A DNA stretch of 64,000 bases from a virus. The translations under genes and the position numbers were made by a program. The DNA lies in IMG/VR virus record IMGVR_UViG_3300018080_000014, positions 1 to 64,000 of that record. The stretch is one strand, 5' to 3'. The notes under the pieces were generated by a model. That model was not told where the DNA came from. It saw nothing but the letters and a program-made list of their open reading frames with translations, and searched no databases. The number at the start of each line of letters is the position of its first letter. The stretch's first letter is position 1. This document shows positions 29,212-40,017 of the stretch, in pieces.

Positions 29212-31250
29212 ATGCCATACCTTGGATGTATGAAAAATACCTTTATACCAGCATAATCGTCAGTGAGTTTTATGCTATGCACGTACATGTACGTTTCTTC
29301 AAGCACGGGCTTGTCTATCGAGTAAAAATCACCGTCATTGTAGGATGTCCATATTGGAACGGAATCGTTGTTTCCAATAAAATACACGATACCTTCCTCT
29401 ATATCAAGTTCCCTGTTACCACGCACGAACATCACGTGGAAAGGACTCTGGTAACTGCTGCTAAACATCTCGAACTTGAACTCGCAACTATATGGCAGAG
29501 ACACCTTCAACGATCCATCTTGCATCACGTCCCCGTACACTGAACATATCGTGATGCCCTTGTACAGCATTTGCTCGAATATCTCCTGCCTGTTTTGTGG
29601 AGATACAACAAACACGTCCTGCAACGATTCGTCATATTCAAGGGATATTCCAAACTTTAAAAGCACGAGCATTTCCCTGCCCCTATCTGTCAAATGTTTG
29701 GATGCCTCACCAACCTTGGAAGAGAAGTCGTACTTCGATTCCGTGGAATACCTTGTCGCGGTCGTGCTTGACGTGTACTTCATTTCCTGTGTGAGTAAGT
29801 ATCCAGCTGGTTTTGAATTATCTGGCAAGTATGAAGGAGGCACTATCGTGTCAACATCCTTGCACTCGCTTATTGCGGTGGTATTCGTGGGTCCGAAAAT
29901 GCTTTGGTTTACCATGTTTGAAATGCCAAATAACCTCGATGCTATTGGATCAGATGAAATCAACTTTCCAAGTCCAAACTGCCACATGTAATACGATGTC
30001 CACCCGAGCCTCCAATAGAAATTGATCCTTGATAGCATTTTCTCCCCGCTTGCCCTGTCATCGGGTACCGTACCGGTGTAAAAATGCGCGACCTGCGTGG
30101 AACCGTACACGTCTATCGATTGCTTGACGATGGATTCCTTTATCGCTTCTTCCTCCTTTTCCAGCATATCGGCAACTTCATCCTCGGTAAATCCCGTTGC
30201 CACTCCTTCACTAAGCAATTCCTTGATTGCCCTACCAGTCTCACCACCTGACGTGTAAGGCTTCCCCTGATCATCGAACTTTATGGACGTGTCTGCCGTG
30301 TTGATTCCCCTGACGTTGTATCTCTTGATCAGCGTGGTTTTTGATTCCGATGTTTCGAGCAAGAATCTTTTTGGCGGCTCTATGAACCGCCTGAGAAGGA
30401 GATGCACCGTGATGCCATCCTTTCCATTCTCTGCCACGTTTTTCCTCCATATGAGTGTCTGGATGAACATCTCCCTGAATATTTCTTCCTCGCATATCAC
30501 GTCGAAGGTCTTGTGCATCAATATGCGCTCGTTCCTGACCATCTTGCCCGTTTCCTTGAAGTACGTGCCAGATCTAAACTTGTCGGCCGTGAGCGTCACA
30601 TCAGATGCTCCAGTAACCTTTTGGCTGGTCTTCAACTGGTATAGTGGGTTTCCACCATAACTACCAAGTTGAACAGGACCGCCAATATTTTGCAGGATTG
30701 CCCCGGAAGGACCGGTAGTATACGTGACTGCTGATTGGACCACTTGTGGAATGATGATACCATTGCTTCCTATCGCATTGTCTACCGTTCCTTGTAACAA
30801 TGTCCTGCCTGTTTCAGATTTAGGTGTCCGGTCTTCCACGGGCCTGCGCTTGAATGTCGCGGTACCACGCAGGTACAGCTGTTCGAGCGCGTGTAACCAC
30901 AAGAATCTTGTTGGGCCATCTATGCGTATATCAATCCTGATGGACATGTTGTCGCCTTCTTGGAAGGCCATGAAATGTCCACCAATAGATCTGAAATTAA
31001 GCAACTTATCAGACTTGGCAACTTCAATATTCTGCACGGCATATAAAGGAAACACGTGCAGCATAATGTCTGGAGTAAGCTGCAATCTTCCACCAGCAGC
31101 AGCATCCGCCAAGGCAAGTGCAGACCATGTTGCTATTTTACCAAGCAATCCTCCTACTTCATTGAGACTAAAACTCGCTGGCATTATGTTTCCAAATTTC
31201 CATACTGGCGTACTAAGTATTGTACCAGATACCGCTGCGCTTATTGCCAT
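29208..31250 (-). CDS. tail-associated protein (tube initiator-like candidate)
   Basis: 680-aa ORF between tape-measure candidate and hub. Confidence 0.55.
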   Translation of the reverse strand: MAISAAVSGTILSTPVWKFGNIMPASFSLNEVGGLLGKIATWSALALADAAAGGRLQLTPDIMLHVFPLYAVQNIEVAKSDKLLNFRSIGGHFMAFQEGDNMSIRIDIRIDGPTRFLWLHALEQLYLRGTATFKRRPVEDRTPKSETGRTLLQGTVDNAIGSNGIIIPQVVQSAVTYTTGPSGAILQNIGGPVQLGSYGGNPLYQLKTSQKVTGASDVTLTADKFRSGTYFKETGKMVRNERILMHKTFDVICEEEIFREMFIQTLIWRKNVAENGKDGITVHLLLRRFIEPPKRFLLETSESKTTLIKRYNVRGINTADTSIKFDDQGKPYTSGGETGRAIKELLSEGVATGFTEDEVADMLEKEEEAIKESIVKQSIDVYGSTQVAHFYTGTVPDDRASGEKMLSRINFYWRLGWTSYYMWQFGLGKLISSDPIASRLFGISNMVNQSIFGPTNTTAISECKDVDTIVPPSYLPDNSKPAGYLLTQEMKYTSSTTATRYSTESKYDFSSKVGEASKHLTDRGREMLVLLKFGISLEYDESLQDVFVVSPQNRQEIFEQMLYKGITICSVYGDVMQDGSLKVSLPYSCEFKFEMFSSSYQSPFHVMFVRGNRELDIEEGIVYFIGNNDSVPIWTSYNDGDFYSIDKPVLEETYMYVHSIKLTDDYAGIKVFFIHPRYGI

Positions 31251-32797
31251 TAAAATTCATCATCTCCTCTTTTCAACACGGACTTGTACTTTATGCTCTC
31301 TTCATCTGATGATTCCAATATACTTTTTATTGCTTGCTTTACCATGTCAATTATTCCAGAGCGTATCTTGGTATTGTTATCTTCAAGCATTTCCTTGAAG
31401 TTTATCCTCGATTCTTCCAGCTTCTCTTCCACGATTGTCGTGTTATGTTCCGTGATGCGCTCCACGATGCTCTCCCTGTCTATCTCGGATATTTCCCTTA
31501 TCTCAGGCGTGGCCTCTTCCACGAACCGCTCCACGACTTCAGTTGTCCTACCAAACTGGAATGGTGTAGTTCTTGTTTCTATTGGCACTTTCTTGCCAAA
31601 TAGTTCCACGGCTTCTGGTTTTGCCGTCACGGCGTCAATTATCATCTCCACTCTCTGGCCGAGCTGTGATATTAATTCCATGGATGCGACGACATCCCTT
31701 GAAAGATCTGAAAACGAGTAGGAACTCGAATCCTTGAGATCGTAAATGGAATCCTGCACGCTGGTAAAGTATTCATCAATGTGTTCCATGGGGAATGGAT
31801 CAGGTGCGTTGTCGATGATGATATTCCCGATACCACCAATGGCCAGCTTTAGTTCCGTGAACCGTGGGACAAGTAATTCTATTTCTCGCGATATTGCTGC
31901 TAATTCCTGCTGATATTGTGGCAAGTTTTCTATGCTCGTGGAAATCTCACCAAGTTCCTCGTCATATTCTGGCAATCCTTCTATGCTATCAATTATTTCT
32001 TGGAATTTATCAGCATAATCTGGAATATCTATGTCCTTTATGTTCCTCTTTATGGTTTCCAACCTGCCAGTGTAATCCTTTATTTTTATGTTGCTTATTT
32101 TCCTGCGTATAGTATCTAGCCTATCCGTGTAATCCGGTATATCTATATCATCTACCTTGTTGCCAAGCTCGTCAAACTCACCATCGTATACCGGAATGTC
32201 TATCGCACCTATCTGCCTTGATATTTCCTCAAGTTCTGCGTGGTATCTTGGAATCTTACCGAACTTTCCGGCTATTTCTTCGAGTTGTTCCGTGTAATCC
32301 TTTGGTTGTGGCACGTTTGCTATGTCTTCCGATAATATCTCGAACTCGTCGGAATAATCCGGTATTTCTATCCCTTCTATCTTGCTACCAAGATTGCTTA
32401 TCCTCGTTGCCACGCCACGTATCTTGTTCTTTATGTCCTGCGCACTTTCCAGTATCTTGAGCCTCACGGATGCCACGCTTGATTCAAGTGCTACCAGTAT
32501 ATCATCCTTTATTTCCGTGAAATCAGTTTCCTCTCCCACTACCTCGTTGATCGTGCCAAGTGTTTCCATCATTCCCTTGACATCACCAAGAACGGTTTCC
32601 ATCCTCTCGTTTATCTGCGTGACGCCCGCCTCCTCCAGCCCAACCCGTATCTCGATTTCCTTCTTCCTATCGAGATCCTTGAATTGCTTTGACTTGGTAA
32701 TCTTGTCTATCTGTTGTAGCGATTTTACCAGCGCATTGAGATTACCCGGATCAGGGCTATCAACTTTCAGGGACACGCTTGTTTCGTCTATGGACAT
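31250..32797 (-). CDS. tape-measure-like helical repeat protein
   Basis: Position after tube/chaperone; about nine 17-19-aa I-P-D-Y-type repeats. Confidence 0.55.
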   Translation of the reverse strand: MSIDETSVSLKVDSPDPGNLNALVKSLQQIDKITKSKQFKDLDRKKEIEIRVGLEEAGVTQINERMETVLGDVKGMMETLGTINEVVGEETDFTEIKDDILVALESSVASVRLKILESAQDIKNKIRGVATRISNLGSKIEGIEIPDYSDEFEILSEDIANVPQPKDYTEQLEEIAGKFGKIPRYHAELEEISRQIGAIDIPVYDGEFDELGNKVDDIDIPDYTDRLDTIRRKISNIKIKDYTGRLETIKRNIKDIDIPDYADKFQEIIDSIEGLPEYDEELGEISTSIENLPQYQQELAAISREIELLVPRFTELKLAIGGIGNIIIDNAPDPFPMEHIDEYFTSVQDSIYDLKDSSSYSFSDLSRDVVASMELISQLGQRVEMIIDAVTAKPEAVELFGKKVPIETRTTPFQFGRTTEVVERFVEEATPEIREISEIDRESIVERITEHNTTIVEEKLEESRINFKEMLEDNNTKIRSGIIDMVKQAIKSILESSDEESIKYKSVLKRGDDEF

Positions 32798-33476
32798 TTT
32801 GCCTTATCTCCTCCCATTTTTGCACCATGTCTACTTCCTCCTCTGACATGGGTTTTAATGGCGTCATTCCAATACCTTTCATCAATTCTTCCATACTACT
32901 ATACTCATTCTTGGTATCTTTCAAGTACTTGTGTGATTCATGGATAAACGTCAATTGTAGCTTGGTATGTTTACCAAGCTCTGCAAGTGGAACATTCAAA
33001 TTCCAGTATGCCTTTGCCAGTATTTTCCCGTTCTCGGTTTCTATCTGCGATGCCATGCGTTCCTTCCCGTACACGCTCAATTTCAACACCGCGCTGGCAA
33101 GTTTTTCTATCTCGAAGTACGAGTCCGGGTGTTCCAGTATCTTTACGCCCAAGGGGATTCCTGACCCATCCACGTGTTGCCATTCCTCTCTTTGGAAATC
33201 CTTTAATGCGTGGTAGCATATCCATAAAGATATGTCATAATACACGCTACTCGCCTCCTCCAAGGCATCCTTGGTTACACTAATTTCTGGAATGATCCTG
33301 AACCGCATGTGCTTTACTATCGATTTTGCTTCTGGAGAAAGGCGTTTACACGTGCGATTGAGCACGTCCCTTGTTTCAAGATTGGTCAGGGGACGGTACT
33401 TTACCGGGCCATATTTGGAATAAAAAAAAGAATGAAGGTCTATTCCCTTCAATATGGCATCTACTAAATCCACCAT
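32760..33476 (-). CDS. tail assembly chaperone candidate
   Basis: Position between tube and tape measure; TAATG overlap. Confidence 0.5.
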   Translation of the reverse strand: MVDLVDAILKGIDLHSFFYSKYGPVKYRPLTNLETRDVLNRTCKRLSPEAKSIVKHMRFRIIPEISVTKDALEEASSVYYDISLWICYHALKDFQREEWQHVDGSGIPLGVKILEHPDSYFEIEKLASAVLKLSVYGKERMASQIETENGKILAKAYWNLNVPLAELGKHTKLQLTFIHESHKYLKDTKNEYSSMEELMKGIGMTPLKPMSEEEVDMVQKWEEIRQNVHRRNKRVPES

Positions 33477-34036
33477 TACGTGTACGTACCTATGTTTGTC
33501 GGTTTTCCTGTCGTGGAGAAGAACCCGTTTCCTATATAGTGGAAGACGCCACCCTGCGCATACGCGAATTTTGTCCACACGTATGGCACAGCTGCATAGA
33601 CTCTTCCATCCATTCCGTATGATTTGCCATATGGTTCAACCTTGCATCCGACAAGTATCTCGTTTCCCGGAATCCATTGCCCGCGGGAAGGGTTCTCCGT
33701 GGAATTAAGTTCCGCTACCTTGAGATCGAAGTACTCATCGGATTTGGCAAGCCATCGCAAGAATCTATAGACATCATCCAATTCGGATACAAGTATTCTC
33801 CCGTTTTTGTTTGTTGGTGCTTTTGTTCTTAACCCCAAGCTCCATTTGCTAAGACCGTGTATGTGCTCATGTGGATAGCCGATGCCATCGACGGATATTT
33901 CCTCGACAACTGCTGCGACGATTTCTGGATCTGGTGCAGCACCTGCTACCAGATCCATTGCAGATGGATATGCTATCGTCCATTTAAGCTTGGTGTTATT
34001 CGTGTAGTTTATTGGAAAATTGTTTGCTTCTGACAT
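33476..34036 (-). CDS. tail tube protein candidate
   Basis: 186 aa immediately downstream of the sheath. Confidence 0.6.
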   Translation of the reverse strand: MSEANNFPINYTNNTKLKWTIAYPSAMDLVAGAAPDPEIVAAVVEEISVDGIGYPHEHIHGLSKWSLGLRTKAPTNKNGRILVSELDDVYRFLRWLAKSDEYFDLKVAELNSTENPSRGQWIPGNEILVGCKVEPYGKSYGMDGRVYAAVPYVWTKFAYAQGGVFHYIGNGFFSTTGKPTNIGTYT

Positions 34037-35565
34037 TAGAAGTTCACCTCACCAAGGTTTGATAGCTCTATTCGTTCGGTATTGGTTCCCCACCTGTATA
34101 CCACCGCGATGTTTTCCCAGATACCGGATTCAGCAGCAGTCTGTATCACGATTTCATCCGACGCGCTCTTGTTTCTCTTCGTCATGTACGGCATGATTGG
34201 TATCTCGATGCTTACCAGCCCGTCATGCCACCCATTCAACTGCGCTTGTTCCATGTATGCAGTTATGGCAGCTTGCAGCTTGTATCCACCATTCACGTCG
34301 TACCGTATGACTCCAGAAAGTATAAGCGCGAGGAGATTCGCTTCGAGAAGATGCTTTATCTGGTATCGACACCGAACGTTGTTTATCCATTTCTGGACAC
34401 CAATACCAAACGTGTACCCGTAATTTAGCCACGAGTTTTCCACGAGATGCGATGCCTTGACAATTGTCAAGATCCTCGCTTGCTTGAACGCGAGCTGCAG
34501 TGCCTCGCTCTCGTATGCCTCGATTGCGGTTGTTGGTATTGTACCCAGAACATCGTCCCTGACGCCATTCTTTCGTATCATGGCTGCTAACACGGCAGCC
34601 CCGTCGAAATCCCCCCTGTACCCATCTCCAGTTGTGGGAGTTTGCCTGAATGATGGTACCATGACGTTTCTCGTTTGTCCAAAATCACTTTGGCGGAGAT
34701 CTTGCCATTTATTTGTTGCACCATAACTTGTCCCACTATCACCAGGTTTGGCATTCGCAGGCAAGCTGCAAATAGCCTGCCTATAGAACCCGCTACCAGA
34801 TGACTGGTTACAGAAAGCAACTAATTCCTTGTAATCATCGACGAGACTCGCACCACCATATATCCCTTCTGCTGGTGCAGATCCTGTCATCCTACCATGA
34901 TCATACGCGAGGCTTGCGAATTGCGCATCCACTTGTCGCAGTACCTTGAACGCATCTGCAATTCCACTCGTCGTGTACGTCATGGTAACGATGTCAATTT
35001 CATCATTAACCTGCTGGTAATTACCAGCAGCATTGCGTGGATATGTCGCCTTGAAGGTGATCTTTCCAGTTTTTAACCCGGTGTCATCCTCTTCCTCGTC
35101 ATATCCGCCAGCATCTTGTGTTACTGGTGCTCCGCCGTCGTATGATACCTTTACATTTGTTATGGTGGAAACCGGACCTATCTCCGACCTCCATTCAGAC
35201 AAGCTTCCTGCTCTTATTGCTGGCTCATCCGTGTATGTTCCTCCAGAATCAGTGGTCTTGAACCTGTAAACGTATATAAATGCGGCATCCGCTCCCAGTC
35301 CAGCTTCCTCATTATAATAATCCTTTATCCACTTTGCCAGTGGTGTATTGGAAATTGTACCGTTGTATGCGCTTTCAAATTCAGCATACGAGCTTATTCG
35401 CATTACACGCTTGCTATCAAGACCAGAACCAGACACGGGGCCAGATAGGGAGAGAAACTTGGCGTCATTGTCATCGTCATATCCAACAACGATGGCATTT
35501 GCTCTGCCGGCACGAACCGGTCCCGGTGATGGTGGGGTTTCATTTACTCTAACATATAGACTCAT
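34036..35565 (-). CDS. tail sheath protein
   Basis: 509 aa; YVRVNET N-terminus, RISSYAEFESAY, WINNVRCRYQIK C-terminal sheath motif. Confidence 0.75.
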   Translation of the reverse strand: MSLYVRVNETPPSPGPVRAGRANAIVVGYDDDNDAKFLSLSGPVSGSGLDSKRVMRISSYAEFESAYNGTISNTPLAKWIKDYYNEEAGLGADAAFIYVYRFKTTDSGGTYTDEPAIRAGSLSEWRSEIGPVSTITNVKVSYDGGAPVTQDAGGYDEEEDDTGLKTGKITFKATYPRNAAGNYQQVNDEIDIVTMTYTTSGIADAFKVLRQVDAQFASLAYDHGRMTGSAPAEGIYGGASLVDDYKELVAFCNQSSGSGFYRQAICSLPANAKPGDSGTSYGATNKWQDLRQSDFGQTRNVMVPSFRQTPTTGDGYRGDFDGAAVLAAMIRKNGVRDDVLGTIPTTAIEAYESEALQLAFKQARILTIVKASHLVENSWLNYGYTFGIGVQKWINNVRCRYQIKHLLEANLLALILSGVIRYDVNGGYKLQAAITAYMEQAQLNGWHDGLVSIEIPIMPYMTKRNKSASDEIVIQTAAESGIWENIAVVYRWGTNTERIELSNLGEVNF

Positions 35566-35568
35566 GGT

Positions 35569-36216
35569 TTATACCTCCGCCAGTACCAGGGCGTATTCCC
35601 AGTCCTGTTCATTGTAATCGCTTTTCGCATCTATCGTCACGCCTCTTGTTGGTAACCCGAATGTTTCTTCATCATCCTCTACTTGTGACCAAATATCCAC
35701 GTACCTGATCCAAAATCTGAGGAATCTGTGGGACACCATTTCACTACGCAGGTGAGGTGTTATCTCCTTGTTAACCCATCCACGGCTGTAATCAATCGAG
35801 CCGCGATAATTGATGAGTATCCTGTCCCAATACTTGCGAACACGGGAAATCACCAATCTCATTATGGATTCCGAGAAGAATCGTGGATTCACCCGCCTCG
35901 ATTCTATATTTTGTTCCTTTGATCGTATGGTTATCTGAACCTCGACAGTCATCTCCTGTGAGAACAGGTGATACTGCCCACGTTCAGGGTCATTCACCAC
36001 CTTTAGTAAATCTGACACGTGCCTTCTACTGATCATTTCGCCCCTGAACTCCACGGCAATGGTGCCATCACTACCAGTGCGCCGCTTGTCTTCAAAGGCT
36101 CTCATGGAAACCGAGTTGAAGGTCTCGTTGTTGACTACATATGGTTGATCATGGAGAGCGTCCACCAGTTCTATCTTGCATGCCTCGCTAAGCAATTGAG
36201 TTCGCCTCCACGTCAT
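35569..36216 (-). CDS. tail terminator/completion protein candidate
   Basis: Position upstream of the sheath. Confidence 0.5.
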   Translation of the reverse strand: MTWRRTQLLSEACKIELVDALHDQPYVVNNETFNSVSMRAFEDKRRTGSDGTIAVEFRGEMISRRHVSDLLKVVNDPERGQYHLFSQEMTVEVQITIRSKEQNIESRRVNPRFFSESIMRLVISRVRKYWDRILINYRGSIDYSRGWVNKEITPHLRSEMVSHRFLRFWIRYVDIWSQVEDDEETFGLPTRGVTIDAKSDYNEQDWEYALVLAEV

Positions 36217-37855
36217 CGAGCAACCGTTCCGATTCCAATACCAGTCCTTCTTTTAAACCAAATGTTGAAAATGAAAACGCGGCAAGAGCCTCGTTAACAT
36301 CCATTTTGTTTTTATAATCAATTTGATTATTCCACATGGTTGATATTCTACCAAAATAAAAACTGGCTCCACTTGGCACGTCATATCTTAGCGTGCTCGA
36401 TATCTTCGCAGCTGGTAGCACCCAGTTCCCACTACCACCTCCTTTATACACCCCGCATTGGTCACTGACATGCCACGTACCATCCTCGTTTTGCATCACT
36501 TCCCAATGAAATCCATCCGCGGAATCGAGGTACGCGCGCACCCTGAGGATATACCCGGGTAGTGGTGAAAACCCATCACCAAAGACAATGCTCCTGAACT
36601 GCGTGTCATAATACCTGAACCCGTAAACAGTGTCCCAGATTGTAATGATGCGAACATTGTCATCGGAATCTATGATATTGCCAACATAGTAATAGTATGT
36701 ACCTCCGGCATGTGGACCATTCTGTGTCGTGAATTCGATGTAATGTGTTCCATCAAATGTCTGCGGACTTGGTGATTGTGGAAACGTGTAAATAGCGCCA
36801 ACATTATTCGCGAGCGTATTTCTACGGAAATATAACCAATTTCCATTTGGATTTGACACGACATCAAGCACATTATCACCAATAGCATATGGTATTTCCC
36901 ACTGTTCACTTGCCTGTGGCTCGAATGGTCCAAGCTCGTATGACGAGAAATCCTCCTGCATCCCATCCTCGCACATGAAGCCAGTTTCTTCCACCTCCGT
37001 CACGGTGGTCGATTCCATGGTATCCATGTTAGTTATCGTGAGTGAAGCCTGCCCAAGAAGAGGTGTGATTACCAAATCTATCTTGTACGTCGTATCTTGC
37101 TCTATTTCAAATGGTCCATAGTACATCTTCCCAAGATATGCTTGCCATAGCATGACAAACGTTGCATTATCAATGCCGATTTCCCGTCCTCCATAATCAA
37201 TCCCGTACAACCCGTTGCTAAGAGCAGTACTTCCAGTAGAGAACTTGTACGAGATCTTCAGGGCACATGATGATAAAATATTAAGAATGGGAATGGTCGC
37301 GATGCCGCTTTCATCATAATCACCGGTCACCATCTCCAACTGTCCACCAGATTGCACGATGCTCCTTACGCCCGAATCATCGTACTGCGGATCTTGTATC
37401 ACCCACTTCTCGGGCACAGGGACGTCATCTGAAAAATCGTATGCCTTTGAGAGTACCGGGGCAGGATCGGTCGTTCTTTCCAAGAAAATGATGCACGTTC
37501 GTTCCTCGTCCATGTGTATATGATCGACGTGTCTAAATATCACGTCGCCGATAAATGCTCGTGTAAATGGTAGTCTGGTTCCTATTGGTAAATTGTATTT
37601 TATAAGTTGACTGTAAGGCACGTGAATCCGTTCTGTACCATGATATGACAAGCCCTCCTCCATAGGCATTTCGCGCCTGTGTGGTGATATTACTGGATTC
37701 ACGGCAAGTACACTAAAAACAATGGTGGGAATCTTCCGTGTATAAAGCCCACCTTCATCTCTCTCGCGTGGAGGAGACGCTTCTATCTCCAAGTAAATGG
37801 GGGTTTTCTTGTTGCGTCTCGCTGCTATGTGTCGAAGTAGCAAGTCTTGAAGCAT
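36188..37855 (-). CDS. head closure-like protein with C-terminal lectin-like domains
   Basis: Short N-terminal closure-like domain followed by YDFSDD and EDFSSY beta-sandwich repeats. Confidence 0.5.
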   Translation of the reverse strand: MLQDLLLRHIAARRNKKTPIYLEIEASPPRERDEGGLYTRKIPTIVFSVLAVNPVISPHRREMPMEEGLSYHGTERIHVPYSQLIKYNLPIGTRLPFTRAFIGDVIFRHVDHIHMDEERTCIIFLERTTDPAPVLSKAYDFSDDVPVPEKWVIQDPQYDDSGVRSIVQSGGQLEMVTGDYDESGIATIPILNILSSCALKISYKFSTGSTALSNGLYGIDYGGREIGIDNATFVMLWQAYLGKMYYGPFEIEQDTTYKIDLVITPLLGQASLTITNMDTMESTTVTEVEETGFMCEDGMQEDFSSYELGPFEPQASEQWEIPYAIGDNVLDVVSNPNGNWLYFRRNTLANNVGAIYTFPQSPSPQTFDGTHYIEFTTQNGPHAGGTYYYYVGNIIDSDDNVRIITIWDTVYGFRYYDTQFRSIVFGDGFSPLPGYILRVRAYLDSADGFHWEVMQNEDGTWHVSDQCGVYKGGGSGNWVLPAAKISSTLRYDVPSGASFYFGRISTMWNNQIDYKNKMDVNEALAAFSFSTFGLKEGLVLESERLLDDVEANSIA

Positions 37856-38376
37856 TATAATTCAGGTAATTTTGTGGTAGTTCCTTCCTGATCGGCAATT
37901 GCATACGCGGTTCCTCGCGGTACTTCCTTTACTTGTTTCTTGAAGCGCCACTTCTTCCATCGCTTCATTAATTGGAAAAATTTCGTGCGATAGGTGTCAT
38001 GCGGCAATAGCTCGTAGAATCCGCGAGCCATCCCTTTAGCAAAAAAGAACATGGGTTGCCAGCGCTGGAACATTGTTTCCACACGCCCGGAGACTATCCT
38101 TTGCACATCCCCGGAAGCGAACTGGACCTGTCCACGCATGGCTAGCCATTCGAGAGAAAGGGAAAGAGATGCGGCCCATATATATCCATATTGCCGCTTA
38201 TCTGGCAAGTCCTCGATTTCATCAAAGAGTATTGGTTCGTCTTCCAGCCATGATTCCAGATCATCCCTTATCATCCACATGAGGACATCGGGAATATCAT
38301 CTTCTGTTATATCAAAGCCGGAATATTGTAGATACTCCAGTATTTCACTCTTTTCTGCTAATCGAGCATTTACCAT
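37855..38376 (-). CDS. head-tail adaptor candidate
   Basis: 173 aa directly after MCP; AGGTG RBS before ATG 38376. Confidence 0.55.
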   Translation of the reverse strand: MVNARLAEKSEILEYLQYSGFDITEDDIPDVLMWMIRDDLESWLEDEPILFDEIEDLPDKRQYGYIWAASLSLSLEWLAMRGQVQFASGDVQRIVSGRVETMFQRWQPMFFFAKGMARGFYELLPHDTYRTKFFQLMKRWKKWRFKKQVKEVPRGTAYAIADQEGTTTKLPEL

Positions 38377-38386
38377 GATTGCCACC

Positions 38387-39517
38387 TTACGCCGTTTCTG
38401 GTACGGTTTTTCTAAGCACGACAAGGCTCGAAAAGTCTTCCACGCCCGGTGCGAACTTGAGTTCAAATCGCATCCTGTAGATGTGCGGCTCGTGAGCAAG
38501 ATAGCTGTACGTGTACAGCCCATCACCATTGTGGAACTGGCACGTCTTGCTGGTAAACGTGAATCCAACACGTGGTGCCGTAAGGAACGCGAACTCGTGC
38601 CCACTTTCACGCATGAACCAATACTTGTTCCAGTTCGTCCAACTTGTTGCCGCTTGGTCACCAAGACCCGGCGATCCACGAGCACCAACGTTTGCAGCGT
38701 TTTCCTTGTACGTCTGGGAGCGCACGACGTTGACCTGCATGTTGTAGTTGCTTGCCAATCCACCAAAGAATGCCTGCAGTGTTCCACCAGAAACATCCCT
38801 GACGTACTTGATCCGTTCAAGGATCACGTCATGGTTCTTGAGGATCTTCGCAGTCTTCGTACCAATGAAAAGCTGGTTCAAATCCTCGTCGCCAAGCTGT
38901 TGCTGGTATTCCACGGCATTGTCCATGTCTTTGAATGGATCCGAGTTGGACATATCATCCCACGTCTTGCCCTGCATCCCTTTCAATGATTTGGAAAGGT
39001 CAAACGTGAGCAAGCGATCCGTGATCTGGTTGGAGAAATTCCTGATAGCATGTAAATTACCATACAGGTAGTTCACCAGCTCCAGTTCAACACGCCGCTC
39101 GATGCCACGCACGCAGATTTGCGTGAGTTTCTGCATCTTCGCGGATGTTCCGAAGTTCGCCTCTGGTGCAAATTCCTCGAGGAATTCCTCCGGTTCCATC
39201 GCGAAACCCATCTTGGTCAAGCGGGTTGCCCATTGCTCGGCATTCATGCCGGTCGTGATGTATCGTGTCCTGCCATATGGGGAGTGCATCTCCGAGATCA
39301 TCTGTGGATCCACGATAAGGGGCCACTCAAAATGACTGCCGCCATCTGGTCGTCCTTTCATCTTAGGCATGACTCGCCCGAGAACGGCCTCCCATTTGGA
39401 ATCCCACATGCGCACCATGGGGATAAATGCCTTCTTGAGAAGGGAAATGGGAATTAGGTTGGCATAAGCCATGTTAGGTAATCCCATACCACTTGGATCA
39501 TTAAAGTCCCATGACAT
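38387..39517 (-). CDS. major capsid protein (HK97 fold)
   Basis: 376 aa after scaffold and decoration genes; IERRVELE, TWDDMSNSDPFKDM..LFIG..LKNH pattern of lambda-E-like MCPs. Confidence 0.8.
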   Translation of the reverse strand: MSWDFNDPSGMGLPNMAYANLIPISLLKKAFIPMVRMWDSKWEAVLGRVMPKMKGRPDGGSHFEWPLIVDPQMISEMHSPYGRTRYITTGMNAEQWATRLTKMGFAMEPEEFLEEFAPEANFGTSAKMQKLTQICVRGIERRVELELVNYLYGNLHAIRNFSNQITDRLLTFDLSKSLKGMQGKTWDDMSNSDPFKDMDNAVEYQQQLGDEDLNQLFIGTKTAKILKNHDVILERIKYVRDVSGGTLQAFFGGLASNYNMQVNVVRSQTYKENAANVGARGSPGLGDQAATSWTNWNKYWFMRESGHEFAFLTAPRVGFTFTSKTCQFHNGDGLYTYSYLAHEPHIYRMRFELKFAPGVEDFSSLVVLRKTVPETA

Positions 39518-39519
39518 TT

Positions 39520-40017
39520 TTACGACACCACCTTGTTTATCAAGTTAATACCCATCAAGTTCTTTTCACCCGGCTTGATTGGACCACGTTTCACCCATCC
39601 AAGATATTGCTTTCCAGATGCCCACTTCACGGCGCCTCCGGGATATGGTGCAATAGGATCGCCAGTCTGCAATACAGTGGATTCTTCCTTGTTCACCATC
39701 ATTCTCGTGCCGAATTGGCAGAATGAAACGTCTCTCCTGAGATGCCTGAACTCGATATTCTTCAAGGCTTCTGCCACAGTTCCAGTCCCCTTGGGGATCT
39801 GGTCCTCCGACACGCCTATGCAGCGAGCAGCAGAAGTAACATCGGTGTATTCCGCGACATACGTGTAATCGGTATATACTGGTCCGCTACCACTTCCACT
39901 TGTGCCGTCCTCTTTGAGAGGAAACCCGATGCGTACCTGCTTGCCTTCTCGTACCTTGTATGAGCCAGATTCAATTACATCTGCCTCGTCCTGCCTGTTG
40001 AAGAATGGTGCCCCCAT
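39520..40017 (-). CDS. capsid decoration/cement protein candidate
   Basis: 165 aa between scaffold and MCP. Confidence 0.6.
   Translation of the reverse strand: MGAPFFNRQDEADVIESGSYKVREGKQVRIGFPLKEDGTSGSGSGPVYTDYTYVAEYTDVTSAARCIGVSEDQIPKGTGTVAEALKNIEFRHLRRDVSFCQFGTRMMVNKEESTVLQTGDPIAPYPGGAVKWASGKQYLGWVKRGPIKPGEKNLMGINLINKVVS

Noticed and set aside
38051-38989. 312-aa + strand ORF, and the long N-terminal extension of 37855..38820
   Set aside because: These are antisense or alternate-frame shadows of the capsid gene, with atypical composition and no motifs.
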